DNA of 64,000 nt from Gemmatimonadota bacterium. Lineage in GTDB: Bacteria > Gemmatimonadota > Gemmatimonadetes > Gemmatimonadales > GWC2-71-9. This document shows positions 44,673-54,123 of the stretch, one piece after another. Within the stretch, counting starts at the first letter, position 1. Each line of letters opens with the position of its first letter. The translations under genes and the position numbers were made by a program. The notes under the pieces were generated by a model. The model was not told the DNA's origin and did no database searches. It saw only the letters and a program-made list of their open reading frames with translations. The DNA lies in NCBI GenBank assembly GCA_039590195.1, contig JBDHFY010000002.1, forward strand, positions 4,660 to 68,659. The letters are read 5' to 3'.

Positions 44673-44966
44673 ATGCCCACGTACGGGTATCGGTGTCCGA
44701 CCTGCGGATACGAATACGAGAAGTTTCAGAAGATCACTGACCGCTCGCGCAAACGCTGCCCTAAATGCGGTGGCCTCGGAGAGCGGGTGATCTCCGGGGG
44801 GGCCGGTATCGTCTTCAAGGGCTCCGGGTTCTATGCCACCGACTACGCGGGCGCCGGCAAGGAGAAGAAAGAGTCCGAATCGTCCAAGGAAGAGGCGAGC
44901 GAAAAGAAGAGCGAGACGTCGAGTAAGAAGCCTGCCAAGAAACCCGCTGACGGGGACTCGTCCTGA
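44673..44966 (+). CDS. FmdB-family zinc-ribbon putative regulatory protein
   Basis: It begins [23 protein letters not shown]....CPKCGG (CxxC...CxxC) and has a Lys/Glu/Ser-rich tail. The 44625 start in the track is an over-extension. Confidence 0.75.
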   Translation: MPTYGYRCPTCGYEYEKFQKITDRSRKRCPKCGGLGERVISGGAGIVFKGSGFYATDYAGAGKEKKESESSKEEASEKKSETSSKKPAKKPADGDSS

Positions 44967-45150
44967 CCCCTGAGGCCCAGCTCCTAGCAGAGGCCCTGCG
45001 ACGGGCGCTCGAAGACCTTGGCGTCGCCGAGGCGGAGATCACCCTCGAACCCCACAAGTATCCGACCTGGCGCTTACCCGAGCTGCGTTGGTCGTGTTGG
45101 CGAACGCCTTGAACCTCATGGGGATTTCCGCCCCGGAACGGATGTGAAAC

Positions 45151-46086
45151 ATGACGCTATTGGTGGTCGGCAGCATCGCGCTCGATTCGGTGCACACGCC
45201 GTTTGGGTCCACCAGCGACGCCCTCGGAGGATCCGCCGTCTACTTCGGTTGTGCGGCGGCACTGCTCAATCCCGTGCAGGTCGTGGGGGTGATCGGCGAT
45301 GACTATCCGGTTGAAGAGCTTGAGCGCCTGGCGCAGCGGGGCCTCGATCTGTCCGGTGTGGAGCGGGTGAGCGGGGAGAGCTTTCGCTGGAAGGGGCGGT
45401 ATTCCTACGATCTCCAGAACCGCGAGACGCTCGAAACCCGACTCGGTGTTTTTGGGGACTTCACGCCGCGGATTCCCGAAGCGTTTCGCGACGCCAAGCT
45501 GCTGTTCCTGGGCAATATCGATCCGGCGCTGCAGCTCATCGTCCTCGACCAGGTGGACGATCCGGGTTTCGTCGTATGTGATACCATGAATTACTGGATT
45601 CAAGGAAAGCGTGATGTACTCCTGCGTCTGTTTGATCGCATCGATGTCTTGATGGTGAACGATGCGGAGGCTCGTGAGCTCTCTGGTGAATGGAACGTCT
45701 ACCGGGCCGCGCGCTGGATCCTCGAGCGCGGCCCCCGCATCGTCGTGATCAAGCAGGGCGAGTATGGCGCGGTCTTGGTGGAGCCGGGCAACAAAGTCTT
45801 TTACGTACCGGCGTTTCCGCTCGAGGAGATCTTCGATCCCACGGGTGCCGGAGACGCGTTTGCAGGTGGGTTCATGGGCCATCTGGCGCGGAGCGATGAC
45901 CTGTCCGGCGGAAGCCTCCGGCGCGCGATGGTACTCGGAGCCACCATGGGATCATTCGCCGTGGAGCGGTTCTCGGTGGATCGCTTTCGGGAGATCGGCC
46001 CTGCCGAGGTGACCGCGCGAGCCCGGGAGTTCTCCCAACTCGTCCACTTTGAAATCGACCATGCCTGGGAACACGCCGAAAGCTGA
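45151..46086 (+). CDS. PfkB/ribokinase-family sugar or nucleoside kinase
   Basis: It begins LLVVGSIALD and carries the C-terminal signature DPTGAGDAFAGGF. Confidence 0.75.
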   Translation: MTLLVVGSIALDSVHTPFGSTSDALGGSAVYFGCAAALLNPVQVVGVIGDDYPVEELERLAQRGLDLSGVERVSGESFRWKGRYSYDLQNRETLETRLGVFGDFTPRIPEAFRDAKLLFLGNIDPALQLIVLDQVDDPGFVVCDTMNYWIQGKRDVLLRLFDRIDVLMVNDAEARELSGEWNVYRAARWILERGPRIVVIKQGEYGAVLVEPGNKVFYVPAFPLEEIFDPTGAGDAFAGGFMGHLARSDDLSGGSLRRAMVLGATMGSFAVERFSVDRFREIGPAEVTARAREFSQLVHFEIDHAWEHAES

Positions 46087-47095
46087 GCGATACCGAGCCG
46101 CCGGCGTCGATCTCGATGCCGCTGACGCCGCCACGAGCCGCATTCAACAAGCCGTGGCCGGCGCCCGCAGCGCGTTGGCCCGGGGGAAGCTGGGAGCGTT
46201 CGGGGGGATGGTGTCGCTTCCCTCCGACGTGCCGGACCCGGTTCTCGTGCTCAGCACGGACGGCGTTGGGACCAAGGTGCTCGTGGCGATCCGTGCCGGC
46301 CGCCACGACACCATCGGCGAGGACCTCGTGAATCATTGTGTGAACGACATTCTCGTCCACGGTGCCCGCCCGATCGCATTCCAGGATTACCTCGCCATGG
46401 GTGCCATACAGGCCGAGACGGTGGTGGCCCTGGTGGAGGGGGTCGCTCGGGCCTGTCGCGCCCACGACATGACCTTGGCGGGAGGTGAGACGGCTGAAAT
46501 GCCGGATCTCTATCACCCGGGGCACTATGATCTGGCCGGAACGATCGTCGGCGTCGTGTCGGAGGGGCAAGCGCTTCACGGCGAGCGGGTGGGGGCTGGC
46601 GATGTGCTGGTCGGCTACGCCTCCACCGGTCTCCACACCAACGGGTACACGCTTGCTCGTCGGATCGTGTTCGACGAGCTCGGCCTCGAAGCCGACGGCA
46701 AGGTGCCCGAACTTGGCGTGACGGTGGCCGACGCTCTCCTGGCCGTCCATCGCAGCTATGCAGCCGTCGTGACACCGGTCCTCGATACGGTCAAGGCGCT
46801 CGCGCACGTGACAGGTGGTGGAATCCCGGGGAACCTCGAGCGATCCCTTCCGACGGGGTTGGGGGCGACGGTCGACCCCGAAAGCTGGCCCACTCCTCCC
46901 CTGTTTACATTTCTTCAGGAAGCTGGCCGCGTGGAGCGCGAGGAGATGTTTCGCGTGTTCAATATGGGGATCGGATTGATTGCCGTGGTGCCGCGCGATG
47001 CCACGGGAGATCTCCAGGAGGCGGCGCAGGCTATGGACGTGACGACGTGGGTTATCGGAGAGGTCGTCGCCGGAAAAGGAGTGCAGATAGGGTAG
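46061..47095 (+). CDS. purM: Phosphoribosylformylglycinamidine cyclo-ligase (AIR synthetase) PurM
   Basis: YRAAGVDLDA, DGVGTK, DLVNHCVNDI and GGETAEMP motifs are present. The start is ATG 46061 or TTG 46049; both overlap the pfkB end. Confidence 0.9.
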   Translation: MPGNTPKAERYRAAGVDLDAADAATSRIQQAVAGARSALARGKLGAFGGMVSLPSDVPDPVLVLSTDGVGTKVLVAIRAGRHDTIGEDLVNHCVNDILVHGARPIAFQDYLAMGAIQAETVVALVEGVARACRAHDMTLAGGETAEMPDLYHPGHYDLAGTIVGVVSEGQALHGERVGAGDVLVGYASTGLHTNGYTLARRIVFDELGLEADGKVPELGVTVADALLAVHRSYAAVVTPVLDTVKALAHVTGGGIPGNLERSLPTGLGATVDPESWPTPPLFTFLQEAGRVEREEMFRVFNMGIGLIAVVPRDATGDLQEAAQAMDVTTWVIGEVVAGKGVQIG

Positions 47096-47102
47096 GCGTG
47101 TC

Positions 47103-48188
47103 GTGACCGAACGCGAGGCAATGCGACGGGCGCTCGAGCTCGCGCTGCGCGGGTGGGGACGGGTGGCCCCCAATCCTCTCGTGGGGGCGCTGCTACTGCG
47201 GGACGGCGCCCCCGTTGCGGAGGGGTTTCACGCGGAGTTCGGTGGTCCGCATGCCGAGGTGGTCGCCCTGGAAGCGTGCCCGGACGCCCGGGCCGCCACG
47301 TGCGTCGTGACCCTCGAGCCGTGTTCTCACCAAGGGAAGACGCCTCCATGCGACTCGGCGCTCCTGCAGGCTGGAGTGAGACGGGTCGTCGCGGCCGTGC
47401 ACGACCCGAATCCGGAGGCCGGGGGAGCGCTCGAGCGGTTGCGCCGAGCTGGGGTGGAGGTCGAGGTCGGCCTGCTCCAAGAAGAAGCGGCGGCACTCAA
47501 TGCACGATTCCTTTGGAATGTGGCTCGTGCCAACCGCCCGTTTGTGGCCCTCAAACTCGCCAGCTCCCTCGATGGCTTCATCGCTGACACGGACGGCCGC
47601 TCGCGGTGGATCTCGTCAGCCGAGGCCGGAGAGTTCGTGCATTGGCTGCGGGCGGGATTCGATGCCATCGGGGTGGGCCGCCGGACAGCCGCCGGGGACG
47701 ACCCGCAATTGACCGTGCGGGGAGCCATCCGACCAAGGGTCGTCCCGACGAGGGTCATCTTTAGCGCCTCGGGAAGCATCCCTCCGACGCTTCGCATGCT
47801 CGCGTCGACGGCGGAAGCTCCGACGACCGTGGTGGTGAGGCCGCAGCAAGCTGCCTCGGTGAAAGCGGCCCTCGAGTCCACGGGTGCGCGGGTGCTCGCG
47901 GCAGACGGTCTTGGGGAGGCGCTCGAGGCCCTGCGCGCGGCAGGCCTCGGATCGATCCTGATCGAGGGCGGAGGCCGGCTCGCCGGAGCATTGCTCGAGG
48001 CCGAGCTGGTAGACCGAGTCTATTGGATTCAAGCGCCCATCTGGCTCGGGTCCGGGACGCCGGCGTTCGGAACAGGTCCCGCCGCGAGCCTGGATAACGC
48101 GGAGGCGTGGACGGTCACGGACCGTCGGAGCCTGGGGCGCGATACCTTATTGGTGGTGGATCGCAGATTATGTTTACAGGGATCGTAA
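47103..48188 (+). CDS. ribD: Bifunctional riboflavin biosynthesis protein RibD (deaminase/reductase)
   Basis: The deaminase zinc site is HAE....TLEPCSH.GKTPPC, and a reductase domain follows (LKLASSLDG.IA). Confidence 0.9.
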   Translation: MTEREAMRRALELALRGWGRVAPNPLVGALLLRDGAPVAEGFHAEFGGPHAEVVALEACPDARAATCVVTLEPCSHQGKTPPCDSALLQAGVRRVVAAVHDPNPEAGGALERLRRAGVEVEVGLLQEEAAALNARFLWNVARANRPFVALKLASSLDGFIADTDGRSRWISSAEAGEFVHWLRAGFDAIGVGRRTAAGDDPQLTVRGAIRPRVVPTRVIFSASGSIPPTLRMLASTAEAPTTVVVRPQQAASVKAALESTGARVLAADGLGEALEALRAAGLGSILIEGGGRLAGALLEAELVDRVYWIQAPIWLGSGTPAFGTGPAASLDNAEAWTVTDRRSLGRDTLLVVDRRLCLQGS

Positions 48189-48763
48189 CGGATGTCGGCA
48201 GGGTCTCTGACGTGGAGGCCGGCGGCGATCGTCTCAAGCTGACGATCGAAACGTCGTATGTCGATCTGGCCGAGGGAGAGAGCCTTGCGATCAGCGGGGC
48301 TTGTCTGACGATCGTGTCTGCGGAGGCAGGGCGGTTTGCAGTCGAGGTGATTCACACGACCCGCGGTCGAACGACCCTCGCGGATCTCTCGGTGGGCGAC
48401 CCCGTCAACCTCGAGCGGGCCATGTCGACCAACGACCGTTTCGGTGGCCACATCGTGCAGGGTCACGTCGATGGCGTGGCGGAGGTCGTAGGCGTCGCGC
48501 GGCAAGCGGATGCGCTCCTCATTGACCTTCGGGTGGAGGAGGAAATCGCAGAGTTGTGTGTGCCCCACGGCTCCATCGCCGTGGACGGCGTGAGCATGAC
48601 GGTCAATGCGCTGCCATGCCCTGGGACGGTGCAAATTGCATTGATCCCCTATACGATCGAGCACACCACGTTGGGTGCCTTGCAGGTGGGCGATCGAGCG
48701 CACGTGGAGGGAGACATCATCGGAAAGTTCGTGCGTCGGCTGGTGGAGGCTCGCCAGGCGTAG
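48170..48763 (+). CDS. ribE: Riboflavin synthase (alpha chain)
   Basis: ATG 48170 gives [12 protein letters not shown]. The lumazine-binding repeat is duplicated (GDPVNLER / GDRAHVEGD). Confidence 0.9.
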   Translation: MFTGIVTDVGRVSDVEAGGDRLKLTIETSYVDLAEGESLAISGACLTIVSAEAGRFAVEVIHTTRGRTTLADLSVGDPVNLERAMSTNDRFGGHIVQGHVDGVAEVVGVARQADALLIDLRVEEEIAELCVPHGSIAVDGVSMTVNALPCPGTVQIALIPYTIEHTTLGALQVGDRAHVEGDIIGKFVRRLVEARQA

Positions 48764-48783
48764 GCAGCACGGTGGAGGTCTTG

Positions 48784-49989
48784 ATGCCATTTGGCACCAT
48801 AGAGCGGGCGATTGAGGATATCAGGGAAGGCCGCATCGTCATCGTGGCCGACAATGAAGATCGCGAGAACGAAGGCGATCTGGTGGTGGGGGCGGAGAAG
48901 GTGACGCCCGAGACCATCAATTTCATGACGAAATTCGGCCGGGGGCTCATCTGTCTCACGTTGACGCCGGAGCGGTGCGGCGCCCTCGGCCTTCAGCAGA
49001 TGGCCGAACACAACACTGAAGCTCAGGAGACGGCGTTTACGGTCAGTGTCGATGCCGCGAAGCGGTTCGGGGTCACGACCGGCATCTCGGCGTGGGATCG
49101 AGCCACCACCGTGCAGGTTGCGATCGATGCCGGCACCTCGCCGTCCGACCTGCGGCGCCCCGGGCATATTTTTCCCCTGCGGGCGCGGCCGGGCGGTGTG
49201 TTGCAGCGTGTGGGACAAACCGAGGCCAGTGTGGATCTCGCGCGGCTCGCAGGTCTTTATCCGGCCGGGGTGATTTGCGAAGTGCTGGCGGAAGACGGCA
49301 CGATGATGCGCCGACCCCAGCTCGAGCTGTTTGCCAAGGAGCACAACCTCACGTTCGTGACGGTCGCCCAGCTCGTGGCCTACCGTCTCAGACATGAACG
49401 CCTGGTCCATTCGGTGGCGGAGGCCCGGCTGCCGACGCCGTACGGAGAGTTTCGCGTCGTTGGGTATTCCAACGATGTCGACGCGCGCGAGCACGTCGCC
49501 TTGGTATACGGTGATGTGGGGGACAAGGAGGATGTGCTCGTCCGCATGCATTCGAAATGTCTGACCGGTGACGTCTTCGGTTCGGAGCGTTGCGATTGTG
49601 GTTGGCAGCTTCGCTCCGCGATGCGGATGATCGGCAAGGCAGGGGCCGGCGCGATCGTGTATCTCGATCAGGAGGGGCGGGGCATCGGCCTCCTCAACAA
49701 GCTCAAGGCGTACGAGCTGCAGGATGCCGGGCACGATACGGTTGAGGCCAACAAGCGGCTGGGGTTCCCTCCGGATCTTCGCGACTACGGGATCGGCGCC
49801 CAGATCCTGATCGATCTCGGGTTGAGTTCGATTCGAATCCTGACGAACAACCCGCGCAAGTTGGTCGGCCTCGAGGGATATGGACTCACGATCGTGGAGC
49901 GCGTGGCGATCGAACCGGATCCGACTGACGAGAACCGTAGCTACCTGAAGGCCAAGCGCGACAAGCTTGGTCACCTTCTTTCTCGCTAG
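48784..49989 (+). CDS. ribBA: Bifunctional 3,4-dihydroxy-2-butanone-4-phosphate synthase / GTP cyclohydrolase II RibBA
   Basis: ATG 48784. Motifs are [12 protein letters not shown] (DHBPS) and [20 protein letters not shown] (GCH II). Confidence 0.9.
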   Translation: MPFGTIERAIEDIREGRIVIVADNEDRENEGDLVVGAEKVTPETINFMTKFGRGLICLTLTPERCGALGLQQMAEHNTEAQETAFTVSVDAAKRFGVTTGISAWDRATTVQVAIDAGTSPSDLRRPGHIFPLRARPGGVLQRVGQTEASVDLARLAGLYPAGVICEVLAEDGTMMRRPQLELFAKEHNLTFVTVAQLVAYRLRHERLVHSVAEARLPTPYGEFRVVGYSNDVDAREHVALVYGDVGDKEDVLVRMHSKCLTGDVFGSERCDCGWQLRSAMRMIGKAGAGAIVYLDQEGRGIGLLNKLKAYELQDAGHDTVEANKRLGFPPDLRDYGIGAQILIDLGLSSIRILTNNPRKLVGLEGYGLTIVERVAIEPDPTDENRSYLKAKRDKLGHLLSR

Positions 49990-49990
49990 C

Positions 49991-50470
49991 GTGGCTCCTC
50001 CTCCATCCAGCGACAACCCACGCGGCGCTCGTGCGGTCGTGGTGGTGAGTCGTTTCAACGAGAGCGTGACCCGCCGCCTCCTCGACGGTGCCCTCGAAGC
50101 GTTGGGGCAGCAGGGGTTCCCGGAGGATACGGTGGATGTGGTGTGGGTGCCTGGCGCCTTCGAACTGCCTGTGGCCGTGCGTCGCGCCCTGGAAACGGGG
50201 CTGTACCGGTTCGCGGTCGCACTCGGCGCGGTCATTCGGGGTGAGACGTCGCACTTCGAGTACATCTCGGCCGAGGCAACGCGAGGGCTGGGAGAGACCG
50301 CGCGAGTGACCGGCATACCGGTGGGGTTTGGCGTGCTCACCTGTGACACCTTGCAGCAGGCCCTGGCCCGGGCGGGCGGCGAGGCGGGCAACAAAGGGGC
50401 GGAGGCGGCAGAGAGCGCGCTGGAAACCGCCAGGGCGCTGGAGGCTTTGAGCCGGCGTGCTGAGGGCTGA
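49991..50470 (+). CDS. ribH: 6,7-dimethyl-8-ribityllumazine synthase
   Basis: VVVSRFNE.VT..LL.GA...L, VWVPGAFE.P and G.VIRGET.HFEY motifs are present. GTG 49991 lies directly after the ribBA stop; TTG 49967 is also possible. Confidence 0.9.
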   Translation: MAPPPSSDNPRGARAVVVVSRFNESVTRRLLDGALEALGQQGFPEDTVDVVWVPGAFELPVAVRRALETGLYRFAVALGAVIRGETSHFEYISAEATRGLGETARVTGIPVGFGVLTCDTLQQALARAGGEAGNKGAEAAESALETARALEALSRRAEG

Positions 50471-50870
50471 ATCCAAGGTCAGAGCACGGGCGCTTCAACT
50501 GCTCTACGCGTGGGAGGTATGTGGCCGTCCTCCCCTGGCGGGGGTCGCGAGCGCGTTGAGCCATTGTGGCGGCGGCGAGTTATTCGCCGCGGAGGGACCC
50601 GAAGAACTGGCTAGTGCGGTGGCATCCGACGCGGACCGGCTCGACGCCGAGATCGAAGCAGCGGTCGATGAGTGGCGCCTCTCACGACTCGGTACCGTTG
50701 AACACAATATTCTGCGCCTGGCGCTCCACGAGTTGCTCGTGCAGACGGCGCCGCCTCGCGTGGTGATCAACGAAGCGGTTCGGCTGGCGCATTGGTTCGC
50801 GGGGCTGAAGGCCCCCGCGTTCATCAACGGGGTGTTGGATGCTCTCGCCCGCCGCCACGGTCGTCTGTGA
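50457..50870 (+). CDS. nusB: Transcription antitermination factor NusB
   Basis: RARALQLLYAWE and NILRLALHELL...P..V.INEAV.LA motifs are present, and it sits in the canonical position after ribH. Confidence 0.85.
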   Translation: MLRAESKVRARALQLLYAWEVCGRPPLAGVASALSHCGGGELFAAEGPEELASAVASDADRLDAEIEAAVDEWRLSRLGTVEHNILRLALHELLVQTAPPRVVINEAVRLAHWFAGLKAPAFINGVLDALARRHGRL

Positions 50871-52000
50871 GAATTCTCGCGGTCAACTGGCTCGATATTG
50901 AAAACCCCCAGGCCGGTGGGGCGGAGATCCATTTCTTTGAGATCTTCAAACGGTTGGCCGCGCGCGGGGATGAGGTGACCCTGATCTGTTCGGGTTGGAA
51001 GGGAGGAGCAGATCGGGCAACGGTTGACGGCATCGACGTGCGGCGTATCGCCGACCGCTATTCCTTTGCGCTGCAGGGACGGAAAGGTGTGCGCCAGGCG
51101 CTGCGGGAACGGGCCTACGATGTCGTTGTCGAGGACATCAACAAATTGCCGCTATATGTCCCGACGCTCACCGCGCTTCCGACGTATATCATCATCCCCC
51201 ACTTGTTCGGCGCAACGGCGTTTCATGGTGCGGCGTGGCCGATTGCCGTGATCGTGTGGCTCGCCGAGCAGCCGATCCCGCGGATCTACAGGCGCTCGAC
51301 GTTTCATGCGATCAGCAACAGCACGCAGGACGATCTGGTGCGGCGCGGCATCGCCAGGGACCAGATCCGTGTGATTCCCCCCGGCGTGGATTGTGACCAC
51401 TTCACTCCCGATCCCGCGACGATGCGCTATCCAACCCCGACGTTCCTGTACGTCGGACGGCTCAAGCGTTATAAAGGGATTGACATCGCGGTGCGAGCGC
51501 TGGCACTCGTGAGAAGAGCGGTTCCCGAGGCCGCGCTCGCGATCGTTGGAGAGGGCGACGACCGGGCGCGGCTGGCGCGCATTGCTGCACGTAGCGGAGT
51601 CTCCGACGCGGTGCGGTTTCTCGGGTACGTCAGTGAGGAGGAGAAGCGGATGCGCCTACGCCGGTCGTGGGCGCTTATCTTTCCTTCCGCCAAGGAAGGG
51701 TGGGGGATCGCCAACGTGGAGTCGGCAGCCTGCGGCACTCCTACCATCGCCTCGGACAGCCCCGGGTTGCGCGAGTCGATGGTGGATGGCGAGACTGGCC
51801 TCCTTGTGCCACACGGGGATTACGCGGCCCTCGCCGAGGCTATGATCAGGGTGGCGACAGAACCGGACCTCGTCGACCGGCTGGGATCCGCCGGGCGGCG
51901 GTTCGCCACTGGTTTCTCGTGGAGCGACGCGGCCGCATCCACCCGTGATCACATTCGTGAAACCGTTCGTGCGACAACGTGCGACCAGAGAAAGGAGTAA
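50867..52000 (+). CDS. Glycosyltransferase family 4
   Basis: GTG 50867 overlaps the nusB stop (GTGA). It begins VRILAVNW and carries the E..G....E..A.G.P..ASD..G..E GT4 signature (KEGWGIANVESAACGTPTIASDSPGLRE). Confidence 0.8.
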   Translation: MRILAVNWLDIENPQAGGAEIHFFEIFKRLAARGDEVTLICSGWKGGADRATVDGIDVRRIADRYSFALQGRKGVRQALRERAYDVVVEDINKLPLYVPTLTALPTYIIIPHLFGATAFHGAAWPIAVIVWLAEQPIPRIYRRSTFHAISNSTQDDLVRRGIARDQIRVIPPGVDCDHFTPDPATMRYPTPTFLYVGRLKRYKGIDIAVRALALVRRAVPEAALAIVGEGDDRARLARIAARSGVSDAVRFLGYVSEEEKRMRLRRSWALIFPSAKEGWGIANVESAACGTPTIASDSPGLRESMVDGETGLLVPHGDYAALAEAMIRVATEPDLVDRLGSAGRRFATGFSWSDAAASTRDHIRETVRATTCDQRKE

Positions 52001-52004
52001 TTCG

Positions 52005-52310
52005 TTGCTCAAGACGAGAGTATCGGCACGCCACTGCGAGATTCCCGACGAGCTGCGGGATCGGGCGCTAGAGCTGGTAAGGAAGATTGCCACGAGAGCG
52101 AACCGGCCGCACCGGGCTGAGATCATCTTCGACAATGATCATGGTCGGAAGGTCGTCGAGTTGCACCTCTACCTACCCCGTGGCCAGGCAAAGATCTGCT
52201 CGGCTGAGGCAGACGATTTCCGGACGGCGCTCGACCGCGCGATATCCAAGTTGCGCAGGCAGCTCGACAAACCCTTCGAACGCGAACCGCGGGGCGCAAC
52301 GGTGGAGTAG
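52005..52310 (+). CDS. hpf: Ribosome hibernation promoting factor / RaiA (short form)
   Basis: TTG 52005 sits 8 nt after AAAGGAG. The motif ..ELRDRALELVRKI......AEIIF......KVVELHLYLP.G......AEADDFRTALDRAISKLRRQL is typical of the sigma54-modulation/HPF family. Confidence 0.8.
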   Translation: MLKTRVSARHCEIPDELRDRALELVRKIATRANRPHRAEIIFDNDHGRKVVELHLYLPRGQAKICSAEADDFRTALDRAISKLRRQLDKPFEREPRGATVE

Positions 52311-52311
52311 T

Positions 52312-53280
52312 ATGGCAGCTCTCACGGTCCGCGATCTCTTCGCCCGGAAGAGCGAAGCGCTGCAACTCGAACTCCTCACCGGCGACATCGGGTTGGACCG
52401 TCCGATTACGGTGCCGGAGATCTCGAGTCCCGGCCTGGTGCTGGCCGGGTTCACCAAGCGGTTTCTCGGCAAGCGGCTCCATGTGTTGGGCGAGACGGAG
52501 CTGGTCTACTTGAGGTCGCTGAAGCCGGAGCAACAACGCGCGTCAATCGAAACGTTGATGGGCTTTGAGTTGCCGTGCGTGTTCGTGACGAAGGGCCAGG
52601 CGGTGCCCAAGCTGCTGGTGTCCATTGCCAAAGAGCGAGGGATACCGGTCCTGAGGTCCAAGCTGAAAACATCGGAGTTCTACCGCCGCATTACTCCGTA
52701 CGTTGCGGAGATCTTCGCCGAGACGACGACGCTGCACGGATCGCTCGCCGACATCTATGGTGTGGGGTTGTTGTTCGTCGGCCGGTCCGGCATCGGCAAG
52801 AGCGAGTGCGTGCTCGACCTGGTGGAGCGCGGACACCGTCTCGTCGCTGACGATGTCGTCCACATCACTCAGCGGGGCGCCGACATGCTGATCGGAACGG
52901 CGCACGAACTGTCCCATCGGTACATGGAGATCCGCGGGGTGGGCATCGTCGATGTCTCGGCGCTCTTCGGAGTGCATGCGGTTCGTCAACAGAAGCGTAT
53001 CGAAGTGGTCGTGCAACTCACCGATTGGGACAGCGCGGAAGAGGTCGATCGCACCGGACTAGATCACCAGACCACGACCATCCTCGACGTGGAACTGCCC
53101 AGGGTCGTGGTGCCGCTCAACCCGGGTAAGAACATCACCGTGATCTCCGAGGTGGTCGCCATGAATCACCTGTTGCGCTACAGTGGTGTCGATCCCGCCA
53201 AGGAATTCAACAAACGACTGCTGGGACGTCTCGCCAAACAGCGCGAGCTCCGGGAATACCTGTCGGAAGACTATGAGTGA
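52312..53280 (+). CDS. hprK: HPr(Ser) kinase/phosphorylase
   Basis: ATG 52312. The motifs are P-loop GRSGIGKSE, LVADD and MEIRG.GIVD. The 52087 start in the track is an over-extension. Confidence 0.9.
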   Translation: MAALTVRDLFARKSEALQLELLTGDIGLDRPITVPEISSPGLVLAGFTKRFLGKRLHVLGETELVYLRSLKPEQQRASIETLMGFELPCVFVTKGQAVPKLLVSIAKERGIPVLRSKLKTSEFYRRITPYVAEIFAETTTLHGSLADIYGVGLLFVGRSGIGKSECVLDLVERGHRLVADDVVHITQRGADMLIGTAHELSHRYMEIRGVGIVDVSALFGVHAVRQQKRIEVVVQLTDWDSAEEVDRTGLDHQTTTILDVELPRVVVPLNPGKNITVISEVVAMNHLLRYSGVDPAKEFNKRLLGRLAKQRELREYLSEDYE

Positions 53281-53653
53281 GCCTCTCATCGGCGTGGTGG
53301 TCACCCACAGTGCCATGGGGGCGGCGTTGGTGGAAGCGGTCCGTTGCATTACCGGCGAAACGGAACCCTTCGTTGCCGTCAGCAACGAAGGGTGTAATCG
53401 GCAGGCGTTGATCGATCGCCTTCAAACGGCCATCGGGGAAGCCCAGGGCGTCGTGTTCGTCGACCTCCCGGGTGGAAGCTGCTACCAAGCGGCCGCCCAG
53501 CTCGAGCACACTCGTGACGGCTTGAAGGTCGTTGCGGGTGTCAACCTGGCTATGCTCCTCGATTTTGTGTACCACCGCGACTGCACGCCCGACGTGGCCG
53601 CCGCGCGGGCAGTGAAAACGGGGATGCGTGCCATCCGGACGGTGGGATCCTGA
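53273..53653 (+). CDS. PTS mannose-family EIIA component
   Basis: ATG 53273. IGVVVTHSAMGAAL carries the phosphorylatable His in the EIIA-Man context. The size is about 126 aa. Confidence 0.8.
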   Translation: MSEPLIGVVVTHSAMGAALVEAVRCITGETEPFVAVSNEGCNRQALIDRLQTAIGEAQGVVFVDLPGGSCYQAAAQLEHTRDGLKVVAGVNLAMLLDFVYHRDCTPDVAAARAVKTGMRAIRTVGS

Positions 53654-53658
53654 GCCTG

Positions 53659-54123
53659 GTGCTGGTGCGCATCGACGACCGCTTGATCCATGGCCAGGTG
53701 GTGGTGGGGTGGGCACAGGCGCTCTCACCCGACCGGCTGGTGCTCGCCGACGACACGGTGGCCGCCAGCGAGTGGGAGCGTGAACTGTACGCCACCGGGG
53801 TTCCCCCAGAGCTGGACCTCGAGTTCGTCTCGGTGGACGAAGCGGCCGGTCGGCTCGACGATTGGGACGGTTCTTCCCAGCGGACGATCCTGCTTGTCGG
53901 CGATGTCGACTCCCTCGCACGGCTGTGCGAGCATTCATCGCAGATCCGCAAAGTGAACCTGGGGGGCATCCATCGGGAAGGTCAGCGCGAAGAGCGCCTC
54001 CCCTACGTCTTTCTCACTGACGACGAGCTGGCGAAACTGAGGGCCCTGAGCAGTCGAGGCGTGGAGATTACGGCCCAGGACGTCCCGACCGCCTCCGAAA
54101 TCCCCTTGGGTGAGATCCTCTGA
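53659..54123 (+). CDS. PTS mannose/fructose/sorbose-family EIIB component
   Basis: VRIDDRLIHGQV is the EIIB-sorbose active-site motif. Confidence 0.8.
   Translation: MLVRIDDRLIHGQVVVGWAQALSPDRLVLADDTVAASEWERELYATGVPPELDLEFVSVDEAAGRLDDWDGSSQRTILLVGDVDSLARLCEHSSQIRKVNLGGIHREGQREERLPYVFLTDDELAKLRALSSRGVEITAQDVPTASEIPLGEIL

Noticed and set aside
47096-47102. An FMN riboswitch ahead of the ribD-ribE-ribBA-ribH operon.
   Set aside because: Only 7 nt separate the purM stop from the ribD start, so there is no room for an RFN element.
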